Positions 9,979-18,709 of a DNA stretch of 64,000 nucleotides are shown here, piece after piece. Position numbers and translations under genes: made by a program. The stretch comes from a virus, in the IMG/VR virus record IMGVR_UViG_3300030202_002773, positions 1-64,000 of that record. One strand, given 5' to 3'. The notes under the pieces were generated by a model. That model saw only the letters and a list, made by a program, of their open reading frames with translations, searched no databases and was not told the DNA's origin. The stretch's first letter is position 1, and each line of letters begins with the position of its first letter.

Positions 9979-12477
9979 ATGAAAAAAATATTATTATTAT
10001 TATTATTACCTATAATAACTTTTGCACAAAAAGAAGTTATTATACATTTAACAACAGATAATTATCCATCTGAAACAAGATGGGTATTACATGCTGATAG
10101 TTTTCAAGGAGCTATACTAGACGAAGTAGCTTACGGTCATTATGACTCTTCTAATACAGCGCATATGGATACAGTATATATTCCAGATAGTATAACTAAT
10201 ATATCTTGGGTTATATATGATCAATATGGGGATGGTATCCCTGGAGGTAGTTATTATGTATCTATATGTCAAGATACTATAGTAAGTTACCCAAATCCTA
10301 CATTTACAACAGGTTTAATACATAATAGACTTGTACCGCAATGTGCTGCTAATCCCCCTCCATGTGTACCAGCTACAGTTATAATTAACTTAGATCAATA
10401 TCAAGGTGAGACATCTTGGGACATAAAAGACACAAATGGGACAATTTATGCAGAATCAGTTACATATGCAGGTAACCCTGATTATGCTACTATTATAGTA
10501 CCTGTGTGTATACCTAAAGGAGAGTTAATATTTACAATATATGATAGTTACGGAGATGGTTTAAACGGAGCTTTATGGCAAGGTCAAGACGGTTCTTATT
10601 ATTTAAAACAATGTAATGACACATTAATATATGGAACTGATCCTGCCTTTGGTAACGACACGTCACATATATTTATATCTGATTCTTGTCCACCTATATT
10701 AGGGTGTACAGATAATGATTATATAGAATGGAATCCTTTTGCTGATGTAGATGATGGTAGTTGCCAAACGTTAAAAATATTTGGGTGTTTAGACACAACA
10801 ATGTACAACTACGATCCATTAGCTAACACTATGGAACTTATAGATACTTGTACATATACTTTAGTTTTACATGATTTAATGGGTAATGGATGGGTAGGCT
10901 CTCATTTAGTATTACATCATCCTGACACGTCATATCAATTTACACACACAGGAGGATTTGATGATATATACTATGTAGGGCTAACTGCTCCAGATCCTAT
11001 AATGTTTAAGTTTTTTATAAGTTCACAAGCTTCACTAACTACAATAGAATGTGGATTTACTTTTATTAATCCAGAAGGAGATACAATGATTAGTATACAG
11101 CCTCCATTTATACAACCTTTATTACCTTACAATTTAATAACAAATTGTGGTAATACATGTGAAGAAAAAGTATTTGGATGTACAGATGTATTAGCAATAA
11201 ATTATAATTCTTTAGCAAATACTGAAGATAACAGTTGTTATTATAATCCAGGGTGTATGAATTCTTCGTATTTGGAATATTATACACAGGGCTTTACGGC
11301 AGACTATGACGATGGGACTTGCTTAACAGTAGCCGTGTGGGGTTGTATTGATAGTACAGCCTTTAACTATGATCCATTAGCTAATATAAGTAATGGAGGT
11401 TGTTTACCTGTTATTACAGGATGTATGCAGCCACTTGCATTTAATTATAATCCTAATGCTAATACGGCAGATACGTGCATAGCTATAGTATATGGATGTA
11501 TGAGTAATATAGCAATTAACTATAATCCTCTAGCTAATACAGATGACGGATCATGTATAGGAGTATTTTACGGGTGTACAGATAGTACAATGTGGAATTA
11601 TATGCCTAGTGCTAATACTGACGATGGAAGCTGTTTACCATATATTTACGGATGTATGGATCCAACTATGTATAACTATAATCAATTAGCTAATACGGAT
11701 AATGGATCATGTATAGCATTTTTATATGGTTGTATGGATTCTACAATGTTTAATTATGATCCTTTAGCAAATACAGATAATAATACTTGTGTACCATTTA
11801 TATATGGATGTACAGATCCTTCAGCTTTAAACTATTGTGACACATGTAATACAGATGATTTTAGCTGCATATTACCTATATACGGGTGTACTGATAGCAC
11901 TATGTTTAATTTTAATTCTTTAGCCAATGTTGACAATAATTCTTGTATACCTTTTATCTATGGGTGCACTGACCCTAGTATGCTTAACTACAATGCCCAA
12001 GCTAATACAGAAGATTTCTCTTGTATTGCTTATATTTATGGTTGTACCGATAGTACTGCTATTAATTATGATTCAACAGCTAATACTGATAATGGTTCGT
12101 GCATGGCTATTGTTGAAGGATGTATGGATCAGTCTGCCTACAACTATAACGTTACGGCTAATGTTAATGACTCTTCTTCTTGCTTATATAGCGCTGCTTG
12201 TATCACTGGTCCTGGTAATCCTTACTGGCTTAATGACCCCTGCTATGCTTGGGTAATAGAAGTAGATGAATACTGCTGTGAAAATGAATGGGATACTATA
12301 TGTCAATCTACATATAATTATTGCGAAGGAACATGGACAGGACCATTACCAAAAAGAATTGATAAAGAATTACTAATGATTACAGATTTATTAGGCAGGC
12401 CAGCAAAACCAGGAAAAAATCAATTACTATTTTTTATATATAGTAATGGAACAGTAGAAAAGAAAATATCAAAATGA
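9979..12477 (+). CDS. secreted Cys-repeat adhesin-like protein with T9SS CTD-like C-terminus
   Basis: Signal peptide MKKILLLLLLPIITFA|Q; three D-x-(Y/M)-G-(D/N)-G beta-sandwich modules; 15 GC(T/M)D repeats; CC..WD..C module; tail ITDLLGRP...LFFIYSNGTVEKKISK. Confidence 0.7.
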   Translation: MKKILLLLLLPIITFAQKEVIIHLTTDNYPSETRWVLHADSFQGAILDEVAYGHYDSSNTAHMDTVYIPDSITNISWVIYDQYGDGIPGGSYYVSICQDTIVSYPNPTFTTGLIHNRLVPQCAANPPPCVPATVIINLDQYQGETSWDIKDTNGTIYAESVTYAGNPDYATIIVPVCIPKGELIFTIYDSYGDGLNGALWQGQDGSYYLKQCNDTLIYGTDPAFGNDTSHIFISDSCPPILGCTDNDYIEWNPFADVDDGSCQTLKIFGCLDTTMYNYDPLANTMELIDTCTYTLVLHDLMGNGWVGSHLVLHHPDTSYQFTHTGGFDDIYYVGLTAPDPIMFKFFISSQASLTTIECGFTFINPEGDTMISIQPPFIQPLLPYNLITNCGNTCEEKVFGCTDVLAINYNSLANTEDNSCYYNPGCMNSSYLEYYTQGFTADYDDGTCLTVAVWGCIDSTAFNYDPLANISNGGCLPVITGCMQPLAFNYNPNANTADTCIAIVYGCMSNIAINYNPLANTDDGSCIGVFYGCTDSTMWNYMPSANTDDGSCLPYIYGCMDPTMYNYNQLANTDNGSCIAFLYGCMDSTMFNYDPLANTDNNTCVPFIYGCTDPSALNYCDTCNTDDFSCILPIYGCTDSTMFNFNSLANVDNNSCIPFIYGCTDPSMLNYNAQANTEDFSCIAYIYGCTDSTAINYDSTANTDNGSCMAIVEGCMDQSAYNYNVTANVNDSSSCLYSAACITGPGNPYWLNDPCYAWVIEVDEYCCENEWDTICQSTYNYCEGTWTGPLPKRIDKELLMITDLLGRPAKPGKNQLLFFIYSNGTVEKKISK
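11173..12183 (+). repeat. tandem array of 13 ~26-aa (~78-nt) GC(T/M)D-x3-NY-x3-AN-x-D-x-G-SC repeats
   Basis: Visible in translation (YGCTDSTMWNYMPSANTDDGSC, YGCMDPTMYNYNQLANTDNGSC, ...); nucleotide copies are diverged. Confidence 0.9.
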
Positions 12478-13538
12478 AAAAAATATTAATATTACTTTTA
12501 TTACCATTATTTAGTTTATCTCAAAATACTACTTTAGATATATTTAAATTTTCTACTGTGTATGGAGCTGTTAACGGAGGTACATCTATATCAGATATAG
12601 AAGCTTTTTCTATTACTAATGGACTACAAACTTCTACTATAGAAACACCTTTTGATTATTCTGTAACTGTAGGAATAAGAAAAATAGCTAGATTTGGATA
12701 TGAAAATAAAGCTAATACGTTTTATGATGGTACAGAATCTAATTATACAGATGCTGCTACAGTAGGTAAAGTTCAAGGTTTTGAATATTTATTTGAAGTA
12801 GATTATGCTAGACAACAAGGTATAGATTATATAGATCAACATCATTTTATTAGATACAGTTCTGACGATGATTGTGAAGGTCCTTATTGTGTAAGTCATT
12901 TAGCTGCAAAAGTAGAATATCTTAAAAATGGGTTTGCAGATATAGAGTATTTTGAACTGTCTGAAAGATATAGATACAAAAAAACTAAAGACTTATCTAT
13001 TAGTATAGGAGCTGTACATAGATTAGCAGAACCTTATGGATATGATCCATTAAATGAATGGATATTATCAAATGGTAATTTACATTATACATATTTAGCT
13101 ATACAAGAAGGATATACAGTTGATGTACATAATAGTGAGTATAGAGATCCTAATGGTAATATAGTAGCTAACAGTGCTGACGTTTGGAAAGAAGTTGTTA
13201 TACCACAAGTATTAGCAGATTATACTGTTAAAAAAAGAAATGAATTAAAAAACATTATACAACATTCTATAGTTGTTGGATTTGACTATTATAAATATAG
13301 TAAAAGTACATGGTTACACGCATGGGGAAATTTAATGCCATATCACTATAATGATGGTAATGAGTTTAGTTATCATAATTACATAGAAGATGATCAGTGG
13401 TATGATTATTCTGGTGGTGTAATATATGGTATTAAAATAAATAAACAATTAGGATATTTTGTAGAAGGCAAATACAATAAGTATTGGAATAGAGAGTGGT
13501 ATGATTTTAAATTTGGTATTAATTATATAATAAGATAA
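12474..13538 (+). CDS. putative outer-membrane beta-barrel protein
   Basis: Signal peptide MKKILILLLLPLFSLS|Q; amphipathic Tyr/Trp-rich strands; C-terminal WYDFKFGINYIIR resembles a BAM beta-signal. Confidence 0.6.
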   Translation: MKKILILLLLPLFSLSQNTTLDIFKFSTVYGAVNGGTSISDIEAFSITNGLQTSTIETPFDYSVTVGIRKIARFGYENKANTFYDGTESNYTDAATVGKVQGFEYLFEVDYARQQGIDYIDQHHFIRYSSDDDCEGPYCVSHLAAKVEYLKNGFADIEYFELSERYRYKKTKDLSISIGAVHRLAEPYGYDPLNEWILSNGNLHYTYLAIQEGYTVDVHNSEYRDPNGNIVANSADVWKEVVIPQVLADYTVKKRNELKNIIQHSIVVGFDYYKYSKSTWLHAWGNLMPYHYNDGNEFSYHNYIEDDQWYDYSGGVIYGIKINKQLGYFVEGKYNKYWNREWYDFKFGINYIIR

Positions 13539-13541
13539 ATT

Positions 13542-13934
13542 ATGAATATATTAGGAAAAATATTTAGCGGAGGAGCTAAAGAATTAGTAGAAGGTGTAGG
13601 TGGAGTTATAGATAATCTACACACATCTAAAGAAGAAAAATTAGAAGCAGAACAAAAAATAAAAGAACTTATAGCAAACTATGAAGTTCAAATGGAAAAA
13701 GAAATATCATCAAGATGGCAAGCTGATATGAAATCAGATTCTTGGCTAAGTAAAAATGTAAGACCATTAGTTTTAATCTTTTTAGTTATATCGACAGTAT
13801 TATTAATATTTATTGATGCTGGTGTAATTAACTTTGTAGTAGAAGCTAAATGGACTGATTTATTACAGTTAGTATTAATTACTGTAATAGGTGCTTACTT
13901 TGGTGGTAGATCATTAGAGAAAGCAAAAAAATAA
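13542..13934 (+). CDS. holin (GTA 3TM holin-like family)
   Basis: LHTSKEEK...RWQADMKSDSWLSKNVRP, two TM helices, AYFGGRSLEK. Confidence 0.8.
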   Translation: MNILGKIFSGGAKELVEGVGGVIDNLHTSKEEKLEAEQKIKELIANYEVQMEKEISSRWQADMKSDSWLSKNVRPLVLIFLVISTVLLIFIDAGVINFVVEAKWTDLLQLVLITVIGAYFGGRSLEKAKK

Positions 13935-13956
13935 TAACAAATAAAAATTAAATAAA

Positions 13957-14319
13957 ATGGCAACATTAACAGCAAAATTAACATTAACAAGCTCAAACGC
14001 TACAAGCGATGCTTTAAATCTTACGGTAACAGATACTTTAACAATAGGAGAGCCAGCGGTAAGTGTAGCTAGAATATCTCTAGTTGGAGATGCATCTGCT
14101 ACAGCACTTCTAACTGACAACGCAACAACAACATATGTATATTTAAAAAATACAGATGGCACAAACCATGTAAAGTATTTTAATGATACTGATGATGGTT
14201 TTGGTATTTTATGGCCAGGTGAATTTGCGTTCTTCGCTGTAATAGACAATGAAGGATTAAAAGTACAGGCTAACAATGCTGCATGTATTCTTGAATACGC
14301 GTATTGGACTAAAGCATAG
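13957..14319 (+). CDS. small beta-rich virion protein
   Basis: 120 aa; YVYLKNTD...LWPGEFAFF...LEYAYW pattern seen in small phage structural proteins. Confidence 0.5.
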   Translation: MATLTAKLTLTSSNATSDALNLTVTDTLTIGEPAVSVARISLVGDASATALLTDNATTTYVYLKNTDGTNHVKYFNDTDDGFGILWPGEFAFFAVIDNEGLKVQANNAACILEYAYWTKA

Positions 14320-14323
14320 TTAA

Positions 14324-14932
14324 ATGAAATATACTAGAGAACAAATACAGAATACTGTAGAAGGTTTAGGATATAAATATTTTACAGGAGATAACTATGA
14401 TGTAAATATCGTTGGTATTAGAAATTCTGATACTAATGGTAAAGTTACAAACAAGTTTGACGATATTATAACTATCTCATTTAAAGATGAAAATGGAGAA
14501 TGGCAATACAATGAGTATAGTTGTACTACTGATCCAGGAGATGATTGGATGGAAAATCCTTGGATAGATAAAATAGGTTGTGCGGTATTAAAACCTGGGC
14601 AATATAGAGGATCTCATAAACTTAGATTGCACAGTGGTAAATATTTAGCGTTAGGCCAAAAGAAAGATGTAACAGTTTATAGAGATAATAATAGAAACGA
14701 TAAGTATGAATTTGATGAATCATCTTGTGATACAGGTGTATTTGGTATAAATATACATAGAGCTACAGCTTTAGAAGGTAAAACTTCTACTTATGTAAAT
14801 AAGTGGTCAGCAGGATGTCAAGTAATTGCATCTAATGATGATTGGATGGAGTTTTTAGGAATATGCCAAGAAGCTAGAGAACATTGGGGTAACTCATTTT
14901 CATACACATTAATAGAAAGTAAAGATATATAA
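14324..14932 (+). CDS. putative endolysin with L,D-transpeptidase (YkuD)-like catalytic motif
   Basis: NIVGIR...FDD...TTDPG...LKPGQY...GINIH-x16-SAGCQV; near the holin; no signal peptide. Confidence 0.65.
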   Translation: MKYTREQIQNTVEGLGYKYFTGDNYDVNIVGIRNSDTNGKVTNKFDDIITISFKDENGEWQYNEYSCTTDPGDDWMENPWIDKIGCAVLKPGQYRGSHKLRLHSGKYLALGQKKDVTVYRDNNRNDKYEFDESSCDTGVFGINIHRATALEGKTSTYVNKWSAGCQVIASNDDWMEFLGICQEAREHWGNSFSYTLIESKDI

Positions 14933-14933
14933 A

Positions 14934-15803
14934 TTGAATTGGATAGGTCAACATATTGTAGATTTTATTGCGCGTTTTAGAAGTAGTGTATATTTTGAAA
15001 ATGTAGAAAATGGTTCTTCTGATACGGATAAATTTTTAATTCTTGGTAGTAGTGGCAAACTAAAGTATAGAACAGGAGCAGAAGTAAAAGCAGATATAGA
15101 AGCTGGTAGTGGTGATGGAGATATAACTGGTGTTGTTATAACTACTGACACTGGCGGAGGTAGTTCAGCTCAAGTTTTAACTGGATCTGCTGATTTTAGA
15201 TTATTAGGAAGTAATGGTGTTGGTATTACAAATAGTGGTGTGACAATAACTGCACGTGCTGAACCATCAGAAATAGATCATGATTCATTAGACAATTGGG
15301 ATGAAGCTAAACATTTTACACAAGCTGGTATTACAACTGTTGGAACTATTGGAACTGGTGTTTGGAATGGAACAAAAATCACTGATATATATACAAATAG
15401 TAGTGGAAAAAGATATGGTAACACGATAAAAATATTACCTTCAGACTTTATGATAAATGAAGACGCTGCGGTTCCTTTATCTTTTAAAGATGGTGGTAAC
15501 TCTGGTGTTCATATTAATGATACAGATAACGAAGCTCTTGCTTTTATAACTATACCTGAAGGAATGAAGGCTACCCACGTTGATGTTTACGCGACTCATA
15601 ATAGAACGCTTAAGGTTTGGGAGGTTGATTTAAATGCTAGCTTTGATTTTACAAGCACAACTAAAGGAACTGGAGTTTGTAATACTCAATTAGATATAAC
15701 AGACGTAAACTCTACAGCAACTAATTATTTAGCAATACAAATAGCGTTATCACAAACTACACAAAGAATATGGGGTGGAGTAGTTACTATAGCAGCACAA
15801 TAA
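14934..15803 (+). CDS. tail fibre-like virion protein (TTG start)
   Basis: WIGQHI..FIARFR N-terminus, GDGDITGV, ITTVGTIGTGVWNGT fibre motifs. Confidence 0.55.
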   Translation: MNWIGQHIVDFIARFRSSVYFENVENGSSDTDKFLILGSSGKLKYRTGAEVKADIEAGSGDGDITGVVITTDTGGGSSAQVLTGSADFRLLGSNGVGITNSGVTITARAEPSEIDHDSLDNWDEAKHFTQAGITTVGTIGTGVWNGTKITDIYTNSSGKRYGNTIKILPSDFMINEDAAVPLSFKDGGNSGVHINDTDNEALAFITIPEGMKATHVDVYATHNRTLKVWEVDLNASFDFTSTTKGTGVCNTQLDITDVNSTATNYLAIQIALSQTTQRIWGGVVTIAAQ

Positions 15804-15810
15804 TAAGAAT

Positions 15811-16158
15811 ATGGCATATACATATGAAAATATAAGTACAACAACGGTTTTAAGAAGTAAATCAGATTTATATAATAATCCTATAGTAACTATGAATATA
15901 TGTAATACTCATTCTTCTGATTCTACTATAAGTTTATATTTAAAAACAATTTATGGTAATGCTATAAGTGGATATGAAAAAGAAGAAGAAACTAAAACAA
16001 CAGAAACTTATTATATGATTAAAAATCTTATAATACCTTCTGGAACAACACTTCAACTAGATGGAAGTGATATATATATAGACTATAATAATGTAATATA
16101 TGATCTCTATGTAGAGGTTGATAATACAATAGATGTAATAATAAATAGTAAAAAATGA
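15811..16158 (+). CDS. small structural/hypothetical protein
   Basis: 115 aa; ICNTH...ISLYL...YYMIKNLIIPSGTTLQL; ATGA-coupled to the next gene. Confidence 0.5.
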   Translation: MAYTYENISTTTVLRSKSDLYNNPIVTMNICNTHSSDSTISLYLKTIYGNAISGYEKEEETKTTETYYMIKNLIIPSGTTLQLDGSDIYIDYNNVIYDLYVEVDNTIDVIINSKK

Positions 16159-16868
16159 CATTAAATGAAATAGCATATAATTTATTAAATCTAGTTAGAG
16201 GAGGTAAATCTAATCAAGATGAGAGTATATCACTTGATCAAATAAAATTCAATATTAAGCATTATAGAGCTATGTTTATTAGAAGAGATTTTGCTAAAAA
16301 TGGATTTACTAGTAGACATATAGAACAAGATTTAGGATGTTTAGAATTAAAAAAAGTAGATCCAACTAGATGTTGTAGTCTACCATCTTCTTGTTCTGTA
16401 TATAGAACAATAGAACCTATTCCTAAAACAGTAAGACATAACTTTAAAGAATCTATAACTCATGTTGGAGATATAACAGGAACAGGAACTATTCCAATAG
16501 TACATTCTAATGTTATTAAATTTTTATCATATGATAAATATACTAATAAAAAATATAAAGCTTACATGATTGAAGATTATTTATATATTTATAATGCAGA
16601 CGGTTTAAAATTTATAAATGTTAGAGGTGTGTTTGAAGATCCAGAAGAAATAGCAAAATTTAAAGATTGTGGAGGATCAGACTGTTACGATGCAGATACA
16701 ATAGATTATCCTATTCCTATGGATATGGTACAAGCAATTAATAGTGGTATATTAGCAGGAGAATTAAGATTACTTGCTGGCACTCTTTCTGATACTTTAA
16801 ATGATAGAAGCCAAGATATTGAAACTAGAACTAATATAGGAGGAGGAGGTGGAGCTCCTAAAAAATAA
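16155..16868 (+). CDS. crAss-like tail ring protein
   Basis: MTLNEIAY...YRAMFIRRD...QDLGCLEL...RT..PIP...YLYI...VRGVFEDP; first gene of the conserved ring/IHF/tube/muzzle tail module. Confidence 0.7.
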   Translation: MTLNEIAYNLLNLVRGGKSNQDESISLDQIKFNIKHYRAMFIRRDFAKNGFTSRHIEQDLGCLELKKVDPTRCCSLPSSCSVYRTIEPIPKTVRHNFKESITHVGDITGTGTIPIVHSNVIKFLSYDKYTNKKYKAYMIEDYLYIYNADGLKFINVRGVFEDPEEIAKFKDCGGSDCYDADTIDYPIPMDMVQAINSGILAGELRLLAGTLSDTLNDRSQDIETRTNIGGGGGAPKK

Positions 16869-16873
16869 TAAAT

Positions 16874-17347
16874 ATGAATCACAATCTTAAACAAATATAT
16901 AATACTTATATTGAAGAATATGGAGAAATAGATAAATTTATATTTAGAGATATATGTGAGGAATTTAATATAATGATTATGGATTATATACTTGATGGTA
17001 AAGAATTCAATATGGGGAATAATTTATCAACACTGTCTATTATAAGAAGAGATAGAGATCCAAGATCACCAAGATTAGATTGGGGTGAAAGTAACAAATA
17101 TAAAAAAGAACTCCTAGAAGAAGGTCAAAATATATACAACTCAAAAACTGGTAAAGGAGTAAAATGGCATATTTATCATACTGATGAGTTTTATTGCAAA
17201 TATTATTGGAGGAAAGGTAAATGTAAAATACCAAATAAATCAGTATATAGATTTGATGCAACAAGAGGATTAAAGGGAAATAAAGATAAGCTAATCGCCC
17301 TTTTAAAAGAAGACGATTTAGCTTATTTAAAATTTAAAAAACACTAA
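16874..17347 (+). CDS. IHF/HU-like DNA-binding protein of the crAss tail module
   Basis: FNMGNNLSTLSII...LDWGES...YYWRK...YRF; position between ring and tube genes. Confidence 0.65.
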   Translation: MNHNLKQIYNTYIEEYGEIDKFIFRDICEEFNIMIMDYILDGKEFNMGNNLSTLSIIRRDRDPRSPRLDWGESNKYKKELLEEGQNIYNSKTGKGVKWHIYHTDEFYCKYYWRKGKCKIPNKSVYRFDATRGLKGNKDKLIALLKEDDLAYLKFKKH

Positions 17348-17351
17348 TAAA

Positions 17352-17813
17352 ATGAATTATAAAATGAATTTACGAAAAAAGCAAGAAGGAGGTTTAGATG
17401 GAATGCAATATAAAACTATGGATTTTAGAACCTGGAAAAATGAAATATGGAATAAAATGAACAGCTACGGAGGAGAAGGACTTGAAATTCCTGACAGCTA
17501 CGCTAGACCAGAGTATGCAGAATATTTAGCTCTTGAAAACGAAAAAGCTGGATTTAACACAGATAGAAAAGGAATGCCAACTACTCCAATAAAAATGAAA
17601 AAAGGAGGATTTCCTGACAATAATAAAGATGGTAAAATAACTCAAGCAGACATTTTCTTACAAAAAAAGAAAACAGGTACTATTAAAAAGAAAGGTGGTG
17701 CTAAGAAAAAAATGTATGGAGGTAACAAAAAAATGATGGGAATGGGTGGAAGTATGAAAAAAACAATGTACAAAGACGGTGGTTTTTTAATACCTCCTAC
17801 TGAAGAAATATAA
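17352..17813 (+). CDS. Lys/Met/Gly-rich basic protein with EF-hand-like loop and repeated xxGG motifs
   Basis: FPDNNKDGKITQAD; QEGG, MKKGG, KKKGG, KMYGG, MGMGG, YKDGG. Confidence 0.6.
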   Translation: MNYKMNLRKKQEGGLDGMQYKTMDFRTWKNEIWNKMNSYGGEGLEIPDSYARPEYAEYLALENEKAGFNTDRKGMPTTPIKMKKGGFPDNNKDGKITQADIFLQKKKTGTIKKKGGAKKKMYGGNKKMMGMGGSMKKTMYKDGGFLIPPTEEI

Positions 17814-17824
17814 AATAAATTAAA

Positions 17825-18709
17825 ATGGCAGTATATAAAACAATATCAAGTAAAGCAATAATAAGAAAGATTTTTAGAGATCTTAAACCAGAAGATGATA
17901 ACTGGATTGATGATGCAATTGAGTGGATAGGTGAGGCTTTAGAACATATAGGGTCTGCACCACAACTTATACAAAAACAATGTGTTTTAACAGTTGCTAA
18001 TCATAAAGTTTTATTACCTACGGATTTATATTATGTAAATCAAGTAGCTATAAATAATTCTGTATCTCCTACATCATCTTCTGAATTAGACACTTTAACA
18101 ACTAAAGTAAAAGAATTAAAAGATGCTATTGTAGATGCTCAAGCTAATGATTTAGAATATTCTGATACTGCTTCAGTTTTACATGAAATAAATAGTAGGA
18201 TAGTAATTATTGAAAATATTTATTTTTCAGATGGTAACAGATTACAGCCATTACAGTATGGAGCAAGTACATTTCACAAAAGTATGCATTGTACAAACTG
18301 TGTAAATGAAAATGCAAACTATGAAGATACTTATATTATTGATGATGGGTATATAAAAACATCATTTGAAAGTGGAAAGATCTGTTTAAGCTATATGGCT
18401 TTTCCAACTGATGAAGATTGTTATCCACTAGTACCTGACGAAATAAGCTTTAAAGAAGCAATGTTTTGGTATATATACAAAAAGATTTTATTATTTAATC
18501 CTATGTTTAAAGTTAATGGAATTAAATATGATTTTGCAGAACAACAATGGAAATACTATTGTACACAAGCAAGAAATGCTGCTAATTATCCAGATATAGA
18601 TAAATATGAGTCATTTATGAATCAGTGGGTTAGACTCATTCCTAATATAAATAGACATGATTTAGCATTTGAACAATTAAACACAAGAGAAGATTTATAT
18701 AGAGGATAA
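17825..18709 (+). CDS. tail tubular/ring protein (P22 gp4-like)
   Basis: DAIEWIGEALEHIG...YIKTSF..G.I.LSY.A.P.DE.CYPLVPD..SF.EA..WY...WKYYCTQA; directly upstream of the muzzle gene. Confidence 0.75.
   Translation: MAVYKTISSKAIIRKIFRDLKPEDDNWIDDAIEWIGEALEHIGSAPQLIQKQCVLTVANHKVLLPTDLYYVNQVAINNSVSPTSSSELDTLTTKVKELKDAIVDAQANDLEYSDTASVLHEINSRIVIIENIYFSDGNRLQPLQYGASTFHKSMHCTNCVNENANYEDTYIIDDGYIKTSFESGKICLSYMAFPTDEDCYPLVPDEISFKEAMFWYIYKKILLFNPMFKVNGIKYDFAEQQWKYYCTQARNAANYPDIDKYESFMNQWVRLIPNINRHDLAFEQLNTREDLYRG

Noticed and set aside
11173-12183. ~78-nt periodic array read as a CRISPR array or DGR template/variable repeat
   Set aside because: Repeats are conserved at protein level with synonymous divergence; there are no identical DNA repeats with spacers, and no cas or reverse transcriptase gene.
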